From Mantamonas sphyraenae STR306 (Eukaryota > Protista > CRuMs): DNA of 64,000 nt. The notes below the pieces were generated by a model. That model saw only the letters and a list, made by a program, of their open reading frames with translations, was not told where the DNA came from and ran no database searches. Location: NCBI GenBank assembly GCA_026936335.1, contig JAPMXV010000039.1, positions 124,001 through 188,000 of the forward strand, written 5' to 3'. The translations under genes and the position numbers were made by a program. Shown here piece after piece: positions 1-13,105 of this stretch; positions within the stretch are counted from its first letter, which is position 1, and each line of letters begins with the position of its first letter.

Positions 1-1
1 T

Positions 2-3000
2 GACATAGGTTCACGCACACCACAGCTGTGCTTGGACGTCGTTCAGGTGCTTTTTCACACCCTGGACCACTCGCTGGGCTTGTCTCAGGCTCTGTTTGAG
101 GATTTCGCTCAGGCAGACGGCCACATCGTCCTCGCAGACACCATGTCCTGGCTGTGCACAGAAGCAGACTCAGGTCACACCCAATCCACATCCATCGCTG
201 GTTCTCAGGACGGTGAGGACGACGCGGAGGCGGACACGTCGCGCCGGCAGTTGGCACTGGAGTTTATCGACTGCTGTGTGGCCCTGGTGCATGTGAACCA
301 TATGCAAACGGACGCCAACGCGTTTGGCATCGTGGTCAAGACGTTCACACGTGCACCGTGGATGCGAGATCACATCGTGGGACACCTGAAGCAGTTGTAT
401 TTTGCACACCCGCAGGCTTACCCGCAGTTGCAGGCTCACATGGCGCCGTTCCAATTTCTCTTTGATGCGTTTGACCACTTGTCCATGGATACGCAGCACC
501 GTGTCATGTCCCTGTTTAAGCGCCTGTTGTCGCGCACAGGTGTTGACTGCGCACGCGAAATCGACGGCTTTGTCGCCCTGCTACACAGCGTCAATGCGTC
601 CACACGGCTGCTGGTGGCCCAGTACATGATCGAATTTGTGCTCAGCGACAGACTCCTGGAAAGTAGCCAGCTCGCAAATGCCCGCTTGTTGCCGCTGCTC
701 ATCGGACCCCTTTCTGCACCGTTTGATCTTTCCTACTTGCGCTCACTGTTTGGCGACGAGAAAGAAGCACAGAATCGCATTGTAGAGCACTCGCTGAGCC
801 AGCTACGGGCCAATGCAATCAATGTGGCCATGGAGGGCGGCATGGAGTTTCGTGACTGTGACGCAGCGGGTCTCTTCAACGGCAAGTTGCCAGCGTTTGA
901 CGATGAACTGTTCACTCGGCTGGCACAATCCAAACTGGATCAAATCCAGGAGGAGAATGTTGTGCTGAGTCTGGATTGCATCAAGGTGGCGTACTACGTA
1001 GCGGCCAAAATGCTCTTCCTTGCGTATGTGTTTGTGCGCAACAACACAGAGAACCAGACACAGCTCATCAAACGCAGTGGCTTGTGCATTCTGTACAGCA
1101 GCACCGACGACCTGGTGCTTCGCAAGCCTGCCTTCAAGGTGTTGGCCCTCCTGGCTGCAGTTGCAACAACAGTACCGTCGAGTGGCCCTTCTGCAGCCTC
1201 CTCGTCGTCCTCATCGTCATCGTCCTCGTCGTCTTCCTCGAGTGACAAAGAAGAAACTGTGGGAAACAACGCCGAAGCGCCAATTGCCAAATCTGTGGTG
1301 CGTGATCTCGTTGGGATGCTGCAGGACAGCGGGCCCACCTCGACGCTGGACATGCAAGTGGTGGTGCTGCGGAGAGACATTCTCAGCAGTCTGGCAGACA
1401 TTATGCTGCGCCATTCAAGCGCACGCGACGAGTTTCGCACGTTTGGCGGCTACATCTGGTGTTTGTCTACCCTGGACGGAATGGCACACAGCGTGCCGGA
1501 GCACAAGCAGTACCACATTCGGGGCAGCGTCTTGCGTGTGGCTGTGCTGCGATTGCTGCAGGCCATCATGCAAGCACTTTCCCGATCCATGCTGGATCAC
1601 AAGGTGAACACGACGTACATGCGTGAGGAAATCGGCTTTGACACACTGCTGGCACCTTTGCAACGCTACGAGATGCTTTCCAGCGAACAGGGCGCCGGAA
1701 TGGCGGATGCACTCATCAACTTGGGGTTGCGTGGTTCCTGGCCGTTGCATTGCCGAAGCAAGCCGCGCTGCAGCGATGCAAGTTGCGCACGCTGCCACGC
1801 CTCCTTGCAATTGGTGCATCCCGAGCCAGTGGCGCTGTTGATGAAAATGTTGCAGGCTCAGTTGATGCAGGTCGACGTGGGCCTTGTGCGCACGTGTCTG
1901 CGCAACTTGGCACTTATCGCTGGCCGGTTTGCGTCCAACGCCCTCATTCTGTGCAGCCACGGCCTGTTGCGCACCGTGATGGACACATTTGCCGACCAGA
2001 TGCACAAAGAGGAACTTGAGGTGCAGGAGGATGTGTTGCATCTGATAGCCACGTTGGGCAAACACAGCATTAGCCCCGCGGAGTTGCGCGGGCTGTTCGG
2101 TGCACTTCATCGACGATCGATGAGCGTGGCCTTGTTGCGCTGTCTGCACACGGTGGCCACCAGTGATTGGCAGATGCCAGCAAGGTGTGTGGACATGCGC
2201 CCTGCGCACGGGCCCCGTGTGCTGGACAAGGACATCCTCAACTGGCCGCCTGGATCGGGATACACCGTCAGCGTGTGGCTCATGACTGAGGTGGCCAATG
2301 CTTCGGTGCTGTGGTTGGGTGCCAAGGCCAACGGGTTCAAGCTGGCTTTGGAACAGGGACGTGTGTCTGTGCACGGATCTGTGTTTGATCGTGCCACGTT
2401 GCAGAATGGCACGTGGTACCACGTTACCGTCTCTCACCACATCATGGGCGACGTCAGGCTGTACATTAACGGGATCCACGTTGGCACGGACCCGAACATC
2501 GGGTACGGCCCGCGGTTGACCATCAGCGAGGCGGCACAGTTTCATCTTGGACCGGGCGGCTTCCACGTGGGGCCCCTGAGTGTGTTTTCTCAAGCGATGG
2601 ATGCGAAGCAAGTGTTTAGCTTGTTTTCGCTTGGGCCCAGCTACGCAGGGACGCTGGAGGGGGAGCTGGACTCGCTGACGCACTTTCAACACATTTCGGG
2701 CAAGGCACTCAAGGTGTTTGACATGCAGCGTCCCGAGTCGCCCACTGCGCTGTTGCACGCCATGGTCGACCGCCTGGTCATGTGTTTCGATCCGGAAGAG
2801 GTGCCAGGCCACCTGGAGCGACAGTTGTTTTTGGAGTCGGCCGTGGCCGTGGGTGGCATGCGTGCGCTGCTGTACCTGCTGGCAAAGGCGAACCAGGACA
2901 GCGAGGAGCGCACGCTGTGTTTGGACATTCTGTTGGCGGCATTGCAGGGGTCGCCTGTGTCACAACGAGACATGGAGGCGATGCACGGGTACAAACAGCT

Positions 3001-4266
3001 TGCTGGCATTCTATTGCACGAGGAGTACCACATCACGCGTGCAATGCTTGACAGTCTGCTGGATGCATGCGTCAGTGACGGCGTAGTGAGCAACATGACG
3101 CTCATGCGTGACGTGGTGCTGGAGTTTGAGCTTTGGCACAGCATGCCCGTGAAGCTGCAGCTTCACCTGTGTGGCAAGCTGGTGGACATGGTCAATGTTG
3201 AGAGCACGCGTGGATCGTTCAACAGGCGCTATTTGCGCGACGAGAACAAGGTGGGTCAATCGCTGCTTGCCTGGTTTCATCGCCATACTGTCGACCCTGC
3301 CATGTATGCACTGCTCATGCAGCTGCTGCAGGCCATTGTGGACAACACAGACCTGTACGCGTTCATTGTCAGCACCCACGACGGCTACGCACAGCCACAG
3401 CTGCGTGCCTGCGTCGTGCAACTTCTCCTGGAGCAGCTGCGTGCATCGCCAGAGGCCTTGGAGGCCTTTCAAACGCAGGTTTCGCTGGAGACACTGCTAA
3501 CAATGGTTCACACGCGCGACGCCGTGTGTCGCACACTCATCCTCAACGTGTTGGAGATGGTGTTGCGTGCCCCGGCCCAGCTCGAGGCATTTCATCGACT
3601 GCACGGCTTTGCAGTGTTGGGACGCCAATTGGCCAAGCACCCAGACTCCGCCAACACGTTTGCGCTGCTGCTGCAAGTTGTGCTGGGTCCCGAGCACACG
3701 GCAAGCAACAGCATGCTGCAGTTGACGCCAGAGCTGCAGGTGGAGCTGCACTCTCCCGACGCCGTGATCACCATGATCATGGTTGCACGCAGCTGCTGTA
3801 CTGTTGAACTGTTGGGTTTGCAACGTGCGGTGCTGGGTGAGTTGCATTTGGTTCTGGAGCAGCGGTTGTTGCCTATGGAACACATTGCACGCCTGCCGCC
3901 GTTTCTTGTCGATCTGCTCACGTACAACGGCAAACCGTTGGAAGAGAACGCAACGGCGGTGATGGAACGCTTTGCTGGGCTCATGAGCATCTTTGCACTT
4001 GTGAGTGTGCAGGACGTGACGCTCCTTGAGCAGACGTTGGTGCAGCTTGCGACACTGCCGTATGCAGACCGACGTGTCATCCAGCAACGCGTGCTCATGG
4101 ACACTCTGAGTGCATTTGTTGCACATACGGCGAGCTGGCCCGCTCAGAAACAGCTGGAGAAGCGTCAATTGGCCATGCTCGACGCTATGGCAACGCTGGT
4201 GGTTGACCTCAACATCATTTGGCTGGAACAGAACCGAGAACAAGCGGCTGCGGCGGTGGCGGTCGA

Positions 4267-4303
<37 letters not shown>

Positions 4304-7300
4304 AGTGCCAATGACGACGGAGGCGACAGCGCAATGGCCGCATTGGTCAGCTTTGGCATGGAGGACGAAACTGAATTTGCATACGGGTGTGTCAAGGTGC
4401 TTGGCGAGGTGAGGCGTACACTGGGTGGGATCAAGCAAGCGACACGAGTGTTGTTTGGCATGACCGATGGCTTGTTGCGCATGCTGTTGTACCTGTTGAA
4501 GAGCGGACGGCGCATGCTGGAGGGAAGGGTGCAGTTCGTGCTGGACTGCTTGCAGGACACGTGGTTGGCCAAGGAGTACGTGGGTCACGCCGAATTTGTC
4601 AGTCGCTTCATGGTCTATTCTGTGGACATGCTCAAATCGTCCAACGAACACATCCGTAGCGCCACCCGTGCGGCGTGGACGGCCATGCTGGAGGGCAACG
4701 AGCGCACTGCCAAGACGGTGCTGCAGAGCGACGGCGGCACCTGGGGAGGCTTTCGCGTGTCGCTGGACACCATTGTGGTCAAGAGTGGCGTGTCGCGCGA
4801 CGTGGCCAAGTGGGAAGAGCGGGATGACATCCGGGTGCGTCAACGGCAAGCGGTGTTGGGTGTGGCAGTGGAAGCCAGCGAGATGGAGGCGCAGGAGCGT
4901 GCCAAGAGCGTGCGTGTGGCGGAGGTGGGCATCCGCAGCGTGTTTATGGAGGAGGAGCAGAAACTGCATCGGCCGTTGTGGATGCGCATGCACGGGCGTG
5001 GCGAAGCACAGTGGCTGGTGGCCAAGGTGTGGCGCTCCACTGTGCGCATGGTCACTGGGGAGGGTGGAGTGTGGAGTAGCATGCGTGTGCGTGACATGAC
5101 AGACTACGACCACGAGGAAATGGTTTCGTGGAAGTTGAATCCTTGCGAGACGCCCGATCGGCGTCGCCTGCGACAGCAGCGCGTGGTGCGCGTACATCGC
5201 TCCTTCTTTCCCCTTCGCATGCTGGGCATTATTGACAGCAGTGCCATGGAACTTGTACAAGCGGGCACAGGGGCACGTATGGGTGGAGGCAGCACCGATG
5301 AGTACGACGAAACGTCGACTCAGCACAGTGTGGCCGGCTCCAGTGGTTTGGTGAGCACCAAGGCAACCAGCAGCACGGGACATGACACAAAGATGCAACT
5401 GGCCATGCAAATGAGTGCAAGCATGCAAGCAGCGGCTGTGGCGAGTGCTGCTCTGCCTGGCGCCGCCGCGCAGACAAGCGCACGCAAGGTGATGATGCGA
5501 CGCAAGATTGACAGTGTGCTTGGCATTGGCGAGGATGACGTGTTCCTCGACTACCTGGACGAAGATGTCAACTCGTTCACCAACCGCAACGTGATGCTCA
5601 GCGAAAACGTTCGTCTGGTGATGCACGTGAGCAGGGTGACCCCGTTCTGCAAGCGACAGGGTGAACTGCTGCTGGGCGATGAACAGTGCTACTTTCTGGA
5701 GGACGAAGAACGTCAGGAGGACGAGTCTCACTTTTACTACGGCGCCGCAGAGCACAGCGTGCGTTGGTCATACGGCCAAATCAAGGAGATCCACAGGCGG
5801 CGCTACCTGTTGCAAGAGAATGCGCTGGAGATCTTTCTGACAAATGGCAACACGTTGCTGCTTGCGTTTGACACGCGCGAGGACCGTGAATCTGCGCTGG
5901 GGCAGCTGACATCCATGGATCTGACCAACTTTGTGGACTACGAAGACAAGGTGAACGGATCGCTGCTGCGCAAGTCGATCACGGACAAGTGGCGCGAGGG
6001 CTCCATGAGCAACTTTGAGTATCTGATGCACCTGAATACGATGGCAGGCCGTTCGTTCAACGACCTTACCCAGTATCCCGTGTTTCCGTTCCTGCTGCGC
6101 GAGTACGATGCACAAGAGTATCGCGAGAGCGAGGAGCACCTGCGCGAGCTGTCCAAGCCGATGGGTGCGCAGGACGAGAAGCGTCTGGAGAAGTTTGTGG
6201 AAAAGTACACAGCCATCCAAGACCTGGGCATGGAGTCGGAGCCATACTACTACGGTTCGCATTACAGCAACGTGGGTTCTGTGCTGCATTTCATGGTGCG
6301 TTGCCAGCCCTGGTCGGAATTCTTCCTGGAGTTCCAGGGCGGTGCCTTTGACCTGCCCGACCGGCTGTTCCACGATGTCAAGCGCACATGGCAGCTTGCG
6401 TCGGCCGAGTCGACGTCGGATGTGAAAGAGCTCATACCGGAGCTGTTTTACTTTCCGGAAATGCTGGTGAACGAGAACCGGTTCGACCTGGGCATCAAAC
6501 AGAATGGAGACAAAGTGGACGACGTGTGGCTGCCTGCGTGGGCGCAAGGGGACGCACGTCGCTTTGTGCGCATGCACGAGCGGTTGCTGGAGAGCGACGT
6601 GGTGTCTGCCAAGTTGCACCTGTGGATCGATTTGATCTTTGGGTACAAACAGACGGGCAACGAAGCCACCAAGTGTTGGAATGTGTTCCATCCGCTCACC
6701 TACGAGGGCAACGTGGACATCGAATCCATCGAAGACGAAATCCAAAAGCAGGCCACCATTGTGCAGATCAACAACTACGGCCAAACGCCCAAGCAACTGT
6801 TCACCAAGAGCCATCCCAAGCGCAAGCACAAGACACGCCTGAGCACCCTGGCCCGCAACCCGCAGCGGTGGGTGCCTCGCCAGGAAAAAGGTCGCTGGGA
6901 AGCCGGTGGGCTGCTTGTGGAGGGTATGCGTGTGGAATGGCGAGGATCCATGGTGAGTGTGGGTGGCAAGTGGCAGCAGCGCAGTCTCAACGACGTGGTG
7001 ACCTGTGGTGCTGCTGGCGAACGCGGTCAGGTTGTGCTTGGCAGCTCCAGTGGCATTCTGCAGTTGTGGCGTGTGATGGGTGCTGGCAAACGTGTGGAAC
7101 TGAGCCCAGGGGCCATGTTGGTTGGCGCACACGGCGCACGCATCCGCTGCGTCGACGTCGTGCCCGAGTTTAGCGTCCTTGTGAGTGGCGACGACGAGGG
7201 ACGCCTTGTCCTGTGGGACCTCAACCGACTCGAGTATGTGCGTGAGTACGTGGCACAGGACAACGCACCTGTGCGTCGAGTTGGCATCACCGAGCAGTCG

Positions 7301-7831
7301 TCGTCCTCGTCGTCGTCGTCATCGTCATCCTCAGACACAGCAGACGGTGACGGAGGACAGCCCGTCGTCAGCCACAGTGAGGATGGGAATGGGAATGGGA
7401 CCGAGAAAGAGGAGCAAGAGGCAGTGCCGACGGGATTGGCCACCACGGCTGTGGATTGCGTGTGCATGAGCCGCAACACAGGCGAACTGGCTGTGAGCCA
7501 TGGACGCTGGGTGGATGTGTGGAGCATCAATGGGCGACTCTTGGGACGTGTGGATGCAGGGTGTGTGGTGACGTGTCTGGTGTGGACGGACGACGAGGAC
7601 GGACGCAATCCAAACGTGCTTGTGTGCGGCGGCGTCGGCGGGAAGGTGGTCGTCATTGACGCCTTGGAACTGACTCCTGTGTCGTCATACACGCTGGCCA
7701 AGGGCTCTACCGACGTGGCAGCCATTTCTGTGCTCAAGAGTGCCACACAACTGCAGGTGCGCATGCAGGATGCCACCGTGTTTCGTCTCGAATCCCAAGA
7801 TGTGATGGGCAGCCTTCTCGATGAACTCTGA
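2..7831 (+). CDS. LYST: BEACH-domain protein of the LYST/LvsB (Chediak-Higashi) type: ARM-like region, ConA-like domain, PH-BEACH, WD40; 5' end lies outside the window
   Basis: The frame is open from base 2 (the ORF-track start at 32 is TTG). PH-BEACH segment 'IKEIHRRRYLLQENALEIFLTNGNTLLLAFD', BEACH motifs 'SNFEYLMHLNTMAGRSFNDLTQYPVFP', 'YGSHYSN', 'DVKELIPELFY', 'WIDLIFGYKQTG' and 'YGQTPKQLF' resemble LYST as I recall it. ConA-like 'WYHVTVSH...RLYING'; C-terminal WD repeats 'LVSGDDEGRLVLWD'. Stop TGA. Confidence 0.85.
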
Positions 7832-7963
7832 GCAGGAGGGGACAAACGGCAGCGTGAAAATGCCTTGTTTGGCAATGAAATGTGTACAGCGGGATTCATC
7901 CGAGAGGAAGGAGAAGGAGCATGCGCCACATCGGCCAAAGTGTGGGTTGTTGTTGGCTGGCAA

Positions 7964-10900
7964 ATGTCAAAGCGACCGCCACGGGCGCCATCCAAGGGCT
8001 CGTCGCCTACGACAGGCACAACGACGCCTGGATCGGCGGCGTCGTCGGCTGCGTCGTCGGCGGTGGCCTCTGCATTGGCGTCGGCCATGGGACTGGTGGT
8101 CGGGGTGACGCCCTCGCAAACCGCCCGTTTGCCGCGTGTCGTGCGTCCGTCGTCACTCTCTGCATTCACCCAGTGTCTACCAGGCGGAGAGCATAGCAGC
8201 AGTGGACAACGGAGCGCAGGAAAGCAGGCGTGGGGCGACGGTGACGAGACAGAGGCGCAGGCGGAAACGGCGGAGGACGATGAAGAGGGAACGGGCGAGA
8301 AGAAGCCACGCAGAGTCTCCGTGCTCCACCGGCTGACAGCGACTATTTATCACACATTTTCCAAGTGCAACGCCGAGTTTCGATATGGACCGACGCACTC
8401 GCCGCCGTTCCTGACACGGGACCACCGGGCAGCCGGCAACAACGGGAACGACAACGAAGCGAGCGATCTGATTGTCAGGGCACAGGACACGCTCCTGGAC
8501 AGTCATGGCAACAAGTACATTGTGCTGTCGCTGTTGGGAAACGGGTCGTTTGGACACGTGTTCAAGGCCATAGAGCTGAGCACCATGCGTGTCAAGGCCA
8601 TCAAGGTCATCAAGAGCAAAACGGCGTACTATAACCAGGCGTACACCGAGATCAGCATTCTCAAGAAACTCAAAGCGGCGTATCCGGAACAGAGTGCACC
8701 GTTGATCCATCTGGATTCGTTCTTCCAATTCCGTTCGCACCTGTGTCTCGTGTTTGAGGTGTTGGGGGACAATCTGTACCAGCTGCTGCGACACAACGGC
8801 TTCCACGGCCTCAGCAGCAATGTGGTGCGCATCCTCCTGCGCCAGCTACTCGAGGCGCTGGTGTGTCTGTACAAACGCAACGTCATCCATTGCGACATCA
8901 AGCCTGAAAACGTGCTGCTGCGCGACAACCATAGCGCAGACGTCAAACTCATCGATTTTGGCTCCGCCTGCTGGGGCAATGCCACCGTGTACACTTACAT
9001 CCAATCTCGCTTCTACCGCGCCCCCGAAGTCATTCTTGGTTTGCCCTACAACGGGGCCATCGACGTGTGGAGCACGGGTTGCGTGGCCGCCGAGCTGTTT
9101 CTCGGCCTGCCCTTGTTCCCCGCTGTCAACGAACACGACATGCTCTCACGCATCAGCAGTATGTTGGGAGACCTGCCCAACCACATGATTGTGCTGGGAA
9201 AGAGTGCACACAAGTTTTACACGGCGCAGCAGACGCTGAAGAGCCGCGCCACATACAACAGCGAAAACAACATCCAGAAAGAACCACCACCGAGCTACTT
9301 CAAGTACAAGGATCTGGAACAGATTGTAACGCGGTACCACATGCCTGCTGGAGTCGATGTGGAGGCGGAGATGGAAACGCGTCATGCTTTGGTCCATCTG
9401 TTGACTCACATGCTGGCGTTGGATCCTTGTGTGCGCATCACGCCCATGCAGGCGTTGCAGCATCCGTTTGTAACGGGCGAACCCTGGACGGGTTCCTTTG
9501 AATTCGACCCGCAACTGGGTCCCAGCTACGAACGGATGCCATCGTGGTGGCGCAGTATCAACTCGGCACAAAGTGCACTCAACACGCCTATGCTTGGCAG
9601 TAGCTTCCCTGCCATGCCTCTGTTTGGTGCCAGCCCCGTAGCCACCCCGGGACAATGGGTGCACCTTGCACAGCCGTACTACCCAAAGAATTTGTTTGGA
9701 AGCAGCAGCAGCAGTGGCAGCGGTAGCAGCAGTGGCGCTGGTGCTTCCGCGAGTAATGCGTACCAAACAGCATCGTCGTCATCGTCGTCATCGACTTTGT
9801 CCGAGTCTTCTGGGGTCGCTGGACACCACCAGACGATGGTGGGCATGTCGGGGGCAATGATGACGGCTGTGACCGCGGGAGCCATGGGCACGGCGGCGGT
9901 CAACACACACATGACGGCTTCTGCGGTGATGGTGAGCACGGGAGGACCCTCGTCGGCACCAAGTCGAGGCAGCGCGAGTGCATCGTTGTTGCCAAGTGCC
10001 AGTCCATCACCGGAACTGAGCCCAGAGTTTGACACCGTGCCCAACATCGACATTGTACATAGCATCGACGTGTTTGACACACCCAAGAGTAGCAACGGCC
10101 GCTGGATGCGAGGCACAGCAAAAGCAGCCGCCATCGAGGGAAATGGCGACGCAGACATACACGGCACATCGCAAGCAGCAGAGACATACAACACGATATC
10201 AGGCTTGGGAACCAATACCAGCACCACCAGCACCAGCACCTCCTATGCAACCTCCACGGGCAATGATGGCGATGACGACGACGACGGAGCCATTTTCCAG
10301 ATGGACGAGTTCCAGGAGGAGGAGGAGGAGGCTGTGCAAACGACGCCTGTTATGACAAATCAACGCCCTCCTCGCATGCAACGGTCGCATGGCGGGCGAA
10401 GTGGAAGTGGAAAAGGGAAAAAGGGCCAACGCAGCCGTTCGTACGGCCACCACGGGGCACAGCAGGTGTGGCGACAACCAAAGGGGAACGAAGCTCGGCA
10501 TTACGGCAGTGGCATGGGCGGTGCATCGGACATCAACAGCAACTGGAGAGTTGGCATGGCCAGCGAGGGAAGCGGAGGAAATCCGCAAGCGCAAGCGCCG
10601 CGTGACGGCCAGAAGCAGCAACAGCAGCAGGGACAGCACAGATATGGTCGCCACTACAATAACGAAAGCAGCAATAGCAACGGCAACTCGGAGGAGTCGG
10701 CAGGCAGCGAACCCGTGTGGATGAAGATGATGAGTTTGGGGAAGAGTCCAAGTGCCAGCATGGGTGCGTTTGCTTCGCCACCGAACAGGTCTGGAGGCAG
10801 CAACACAGGCAAAGTGGGCAGTGTGGGCAGTGTGGGCAGTTTGGGCAGTGTGGGCAGTGCAGGGAGCTCCTCGGCACTGGTTTCCTCGTCGGGATCGCCA

Positions 10901-11074
10901 CGGCGACACAAACGCCGTGGTGGCGCTGGCGGCAGCAACAGCAGCAACAGCAGCAGTCGGCAACGAAGCAGCAGCAGCAGCCACAGCAGCCACGGTGGAC
11001 GAAAGGGAAAGAAGAAGAGTGGGCAGAAGCCACGGACAACAGTGTCTGGATTTGAACCAAAAAAGAAGTCGTGA
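7964..11074 (+). CDS. YAK1: YAK1/YakA-family DYRK dual-specificity protein kinase with a long disordered C-tail
   Basis: Likely start ATG 7964 (MSKRPP). Yak-type pre-kinase region 'LTATIYHTFSKCNAEFRY...NNGNDNEASDLI'; GNGSFG, AIK, HCDIKPEN, DFG, activation loop 'YTYIQSRFYRAPEVILGLPY'. Confidence 0.88.
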   Translation: MSKRPPRAPSKGSSPTTGTTTPGSAASSAASSAVASALASAMGLVVGVTPSQTARLPRVVRPSSLSAFTQCLPGGEHSSSGQRSAGKQAWGDGDETEAQAETAEDDEEGTGEKKPRRVSVLHRLTATIYHTFSKCNAEFRYGPTHSPPFLTRDHRAAGNNGNDNEASDLIVRAQDTLLDSHGNKYIVLSLLGNGSFGHVFKAIELSTMRVKAIKVIKSKTAYYNQAYTEISILKKLKAAYPEQSAPLIHLDSFFQFRSHLCLVFEVLGDNLYQLLRHNGFHGLSSNVVRILLRQLLEALVCLYKRNVIHCDIKPENVLLRDNHSADVKLIDFGSACWGNATVYTYIQSRFYRAPEVILGLPYNGAIDVWSTGCVAAELFLGLPLFPAVNEHDMLSRISSMLGDLPNHMIVLGKSAHKFYTAQQTLKSRATYNSENNIQKEPPPSYFKYKDLEQIVTRYHMPAGVDVEAEMETRHALVHLLTHMLALDPCVRITPMQALQHPFVTGEPWTGSFEFDPQLGPSYERMPSWWRSINSAQSALNTPMLGSSFPAMPLFGASPVATPGQWVHLAQPYYPKNLFGSSSSSGSGSSSGAGASASNAYQTASSSSSSSTLSESSGVAGHHQTMVGMSGAMMTAVTAGAMGTAAVNTHMTASAVMVSTGGPSSAPSRGSASASLLPSASPSPELSPEFDTVPNIDIVHSIDVFDTPKSSNGRWMRGTAKAAAIEGNGDADIHGTSQAAETYNTISGLGTNTSTTSTSTSYATSTGNDGDDDDDGAIFQMDEFQEEEEEAVQTTPVMTNQRPPRMQRSHGGRSGSGKGKKGQRSRSYGHHGAQQVWRQPKGNEARHYGSGMGGASDINSNWRVGMASEGSGGNPQAQAPRDGQKQQQQQGQHRYGRHYNNESSNSNGNSEESAGSEPVWMKMMSLGKSPSASMGAFASPPNRSGGSNTGKVGSVGSVGSLGSVGSAGSSSALVSSSGSPRRHKRRGGAGGSNSSNSSSRQRSSSSSHSSHGGRKGKKKSGQKPRTTVSGFEPKKKS
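10814..10858 (+). repeat. 9-nt tandem repeat (GTGGGCAGT) x5 encoding V/L-G-S in the kinase tail
   Basis: Read directly: four GTGGGCAGT units and one TTGGGCAGT unit. Confidence 0.9.
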
Positions 11075-11133
11075 TGAGGTTGTGTTCTGTTCTGTTCATT
11101 CCTTTGGTGACGTTGTGCTCCATCCAAATGCCA

Positions 11134-13010
11134 TCAATCGTCCTTTGCGAGACTCTTGGCACGCGTGTGCAGAGGCCCTGGGAAGGGACGGTGGTCGGCA
11201 AAGTACTCCGCGGCGACTTCGGGGATCTTCTTGATTTCTGCGCGGCTGCGCACGTCAAACAGGCGGCCGTTGTCGAAGAAGCGGTTGCCCTTCTTGGTGT
11301 AGCGTCCCACGAGGTAAAAGAGGGACAGAACGGCGACGAGACGCTGGATGACGGCCAGGCGCACGAGCACGGAATTGTCGCCCATGTACCAAAGGAAGGT
11401 GTACTCTGCGCCTACAGCTTCAAACTCAAAGAAGAACCAGGCGTCAAAGGAGAGGAGGATCAACCAAGCGGCGGCGTTGTACACGACTCCCTCAAACTGG
11501 TGATCCAGCAGCTTGCCATGGCCGGTGAGCGCAAACATGAGATAGATGGCAATGGCAAACGTCGCCTTTGCGTCCAGGTACTTGGCCGACTCGAAAAACA
11601 GCAGACTCTGGATCATGAGCACCACAAACTGGCCAAAGGCATAATAGCGCAGAGAGCCGCTCAGGGACTTGTGGAACTTGGGGTGCGGATGCGACACCTT
11701 TGGAATCTCGCTGTTGATGCCCAGGCGAGGCTTGCCTGGTTCCCAACCCGGCCCATAGAACACCACCTTGAGCTTGTTGAGCAGACCCGGGGTGTGGTAC
11801 ACCCGCTGGGCAATCGAGGTGTACTGCTTCAGTTGCACCTTGATCGGGTCGTAGCTGTTCAACGGATGCGTCAGACCGTACACACAGGGCTCCTCGTCCA
11901 GCTCCTCCTGGAAGGTGCCGTACAGACGGTCCCAGATGCTCAGCGTGCCTGCGTAGTTCTTGTCCACGTAGATGCGGTTGCGGCTGTGGTGCACACGATG
12001 CTGGCTGGGCGTGTTGAACACGTACTCAATCACACCCAGCTTGGGCACAAACTCAGAGTGCAGCCAGAACTGGAACAGCGTGTTGAAATACCCGTGCGCA
12101 AGGTAAACTCCCGGCGGGATGAAAAGCGCGGCCGGCAAGTGGAACCACGTTGACACTGTGTTCTGGATGAATCCCTGTCGCAGCCTGTGCCATCGTACGC
12201 CACCCCCCCCCGTCCCCCAAATGCATGTGTGTTCAAGTGTTCAAGTGTGTGCGTGTGCGTGTGTGAGCATCGTGCTGCCCCGTTGTCCCAGGATTCTCCC
12301 CTTGGGAGCCACCCACACACAAACCTACGCCGTAGTCAGGTTGTAGTCCTCGCTGGAATGGTGTGCCTGGTGTGACGCCCAGCCAATGTTGGCTTCGTGG
12401 CCCATGCGGTGGAACCCTGTGTGTGTGCGTGTGTGTGTGTGTGTGTGAGTCACGGGCGGCGTGTTCGTTTCGCAGAAGGAAAGTTGGAGAGCCGTCGGCC
12501 CAGCTGTCCGTTGGCAGGACAGCAGGCACAGCGCAGCGGCAATGGCGCACCCTATCGCAACGTACAATAGTAGGCGTGATCGACGGCAAGAAATGCGGCG
12601 AGCCAGGTGCCCCAGTGGGTGAAATCAAGGCGGTAGATGGCGTAGTTCTCGTAAATGTGCACGAAAAACACAAGGCGCAGGCCGCCGTTGAGAACCTCCT
12701 TGAAGAGGATGCCCATGATGGTCTGCATGGTGCCTGCAGTGAGACTGGCCATGGAATCGGACAGGCGCATGGTCTTGCGCTTCTTGTACAAGCCATACAC
12801 GAGCTCAAGGGCCACCGCAAGCAAGAAGAACGGGATGGTCATGTTCAGGAAGTCGGGCACCTCGGTGTGCTTCTCAAACGCAAGCTTCCGCGGGTCCACA
12901 AGGTAGAACAGCATGCCCAGGCGCTCCAGCATGCTGAACGTCACGTCGCTTGGTGTCGGCGTGCCGTACAGCACGCGCGCAGCACTTTCCGTCACGTTGA
13001 CCGAGGTCAT
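11134..13010 (-). CDS. AGMO: Alkylglycerol monooxygenase (fatty-acid hydroxylase superfamily); complement(join(11134..12184,12329..12416,12566..13010)), about 527 aa
   Basis: Splicing two GT-AG introns (12417..12565, 12185..12328) restores '[38 protein letters not shown]', followed by 'FWLHSE', 'NTPSQHRVHH', 'DKNYAGTLSIWDRLYGTF' and 'YGPGWEPGKPRLG', the His-box di-iron motifs typical of AGMO. Confidence 0.92.
12418..12446. repeat. Imperfect (GT/AC)n microsatellite at the 3' end of AGMO intron 1
   Basis: tgtgtgtgtgcgtgtgtgtgtgtgtgtg read directly. Confidence 0.85.
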
Positions 13011-13105
13011 TCTGGGTCTGGGTAAAAAAAGGTTTGCGGTGGTTCCGTGAGTGCATGTGTGTGTGTGGTTTTAAACTTGGTGTATGGTTGGACACTCAAT
13101 CGTCA

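Noticed and set aside
7865-7963. ORF-track starts upstream of the true ATGs (7865, 15565, 29672, 37438, 59436, 62989)
   Set aside because: They are mostly non-ATG starts lying in UTRs, introns or neighbouring genes; better ATGs or spliced first exons exist.
11071-11133. GTGATGA resembling a snoRNA C box
   Set aside because: It is the YAK1 tandem stop (TGATGA); no D box or terminal stem at a suitable distance.
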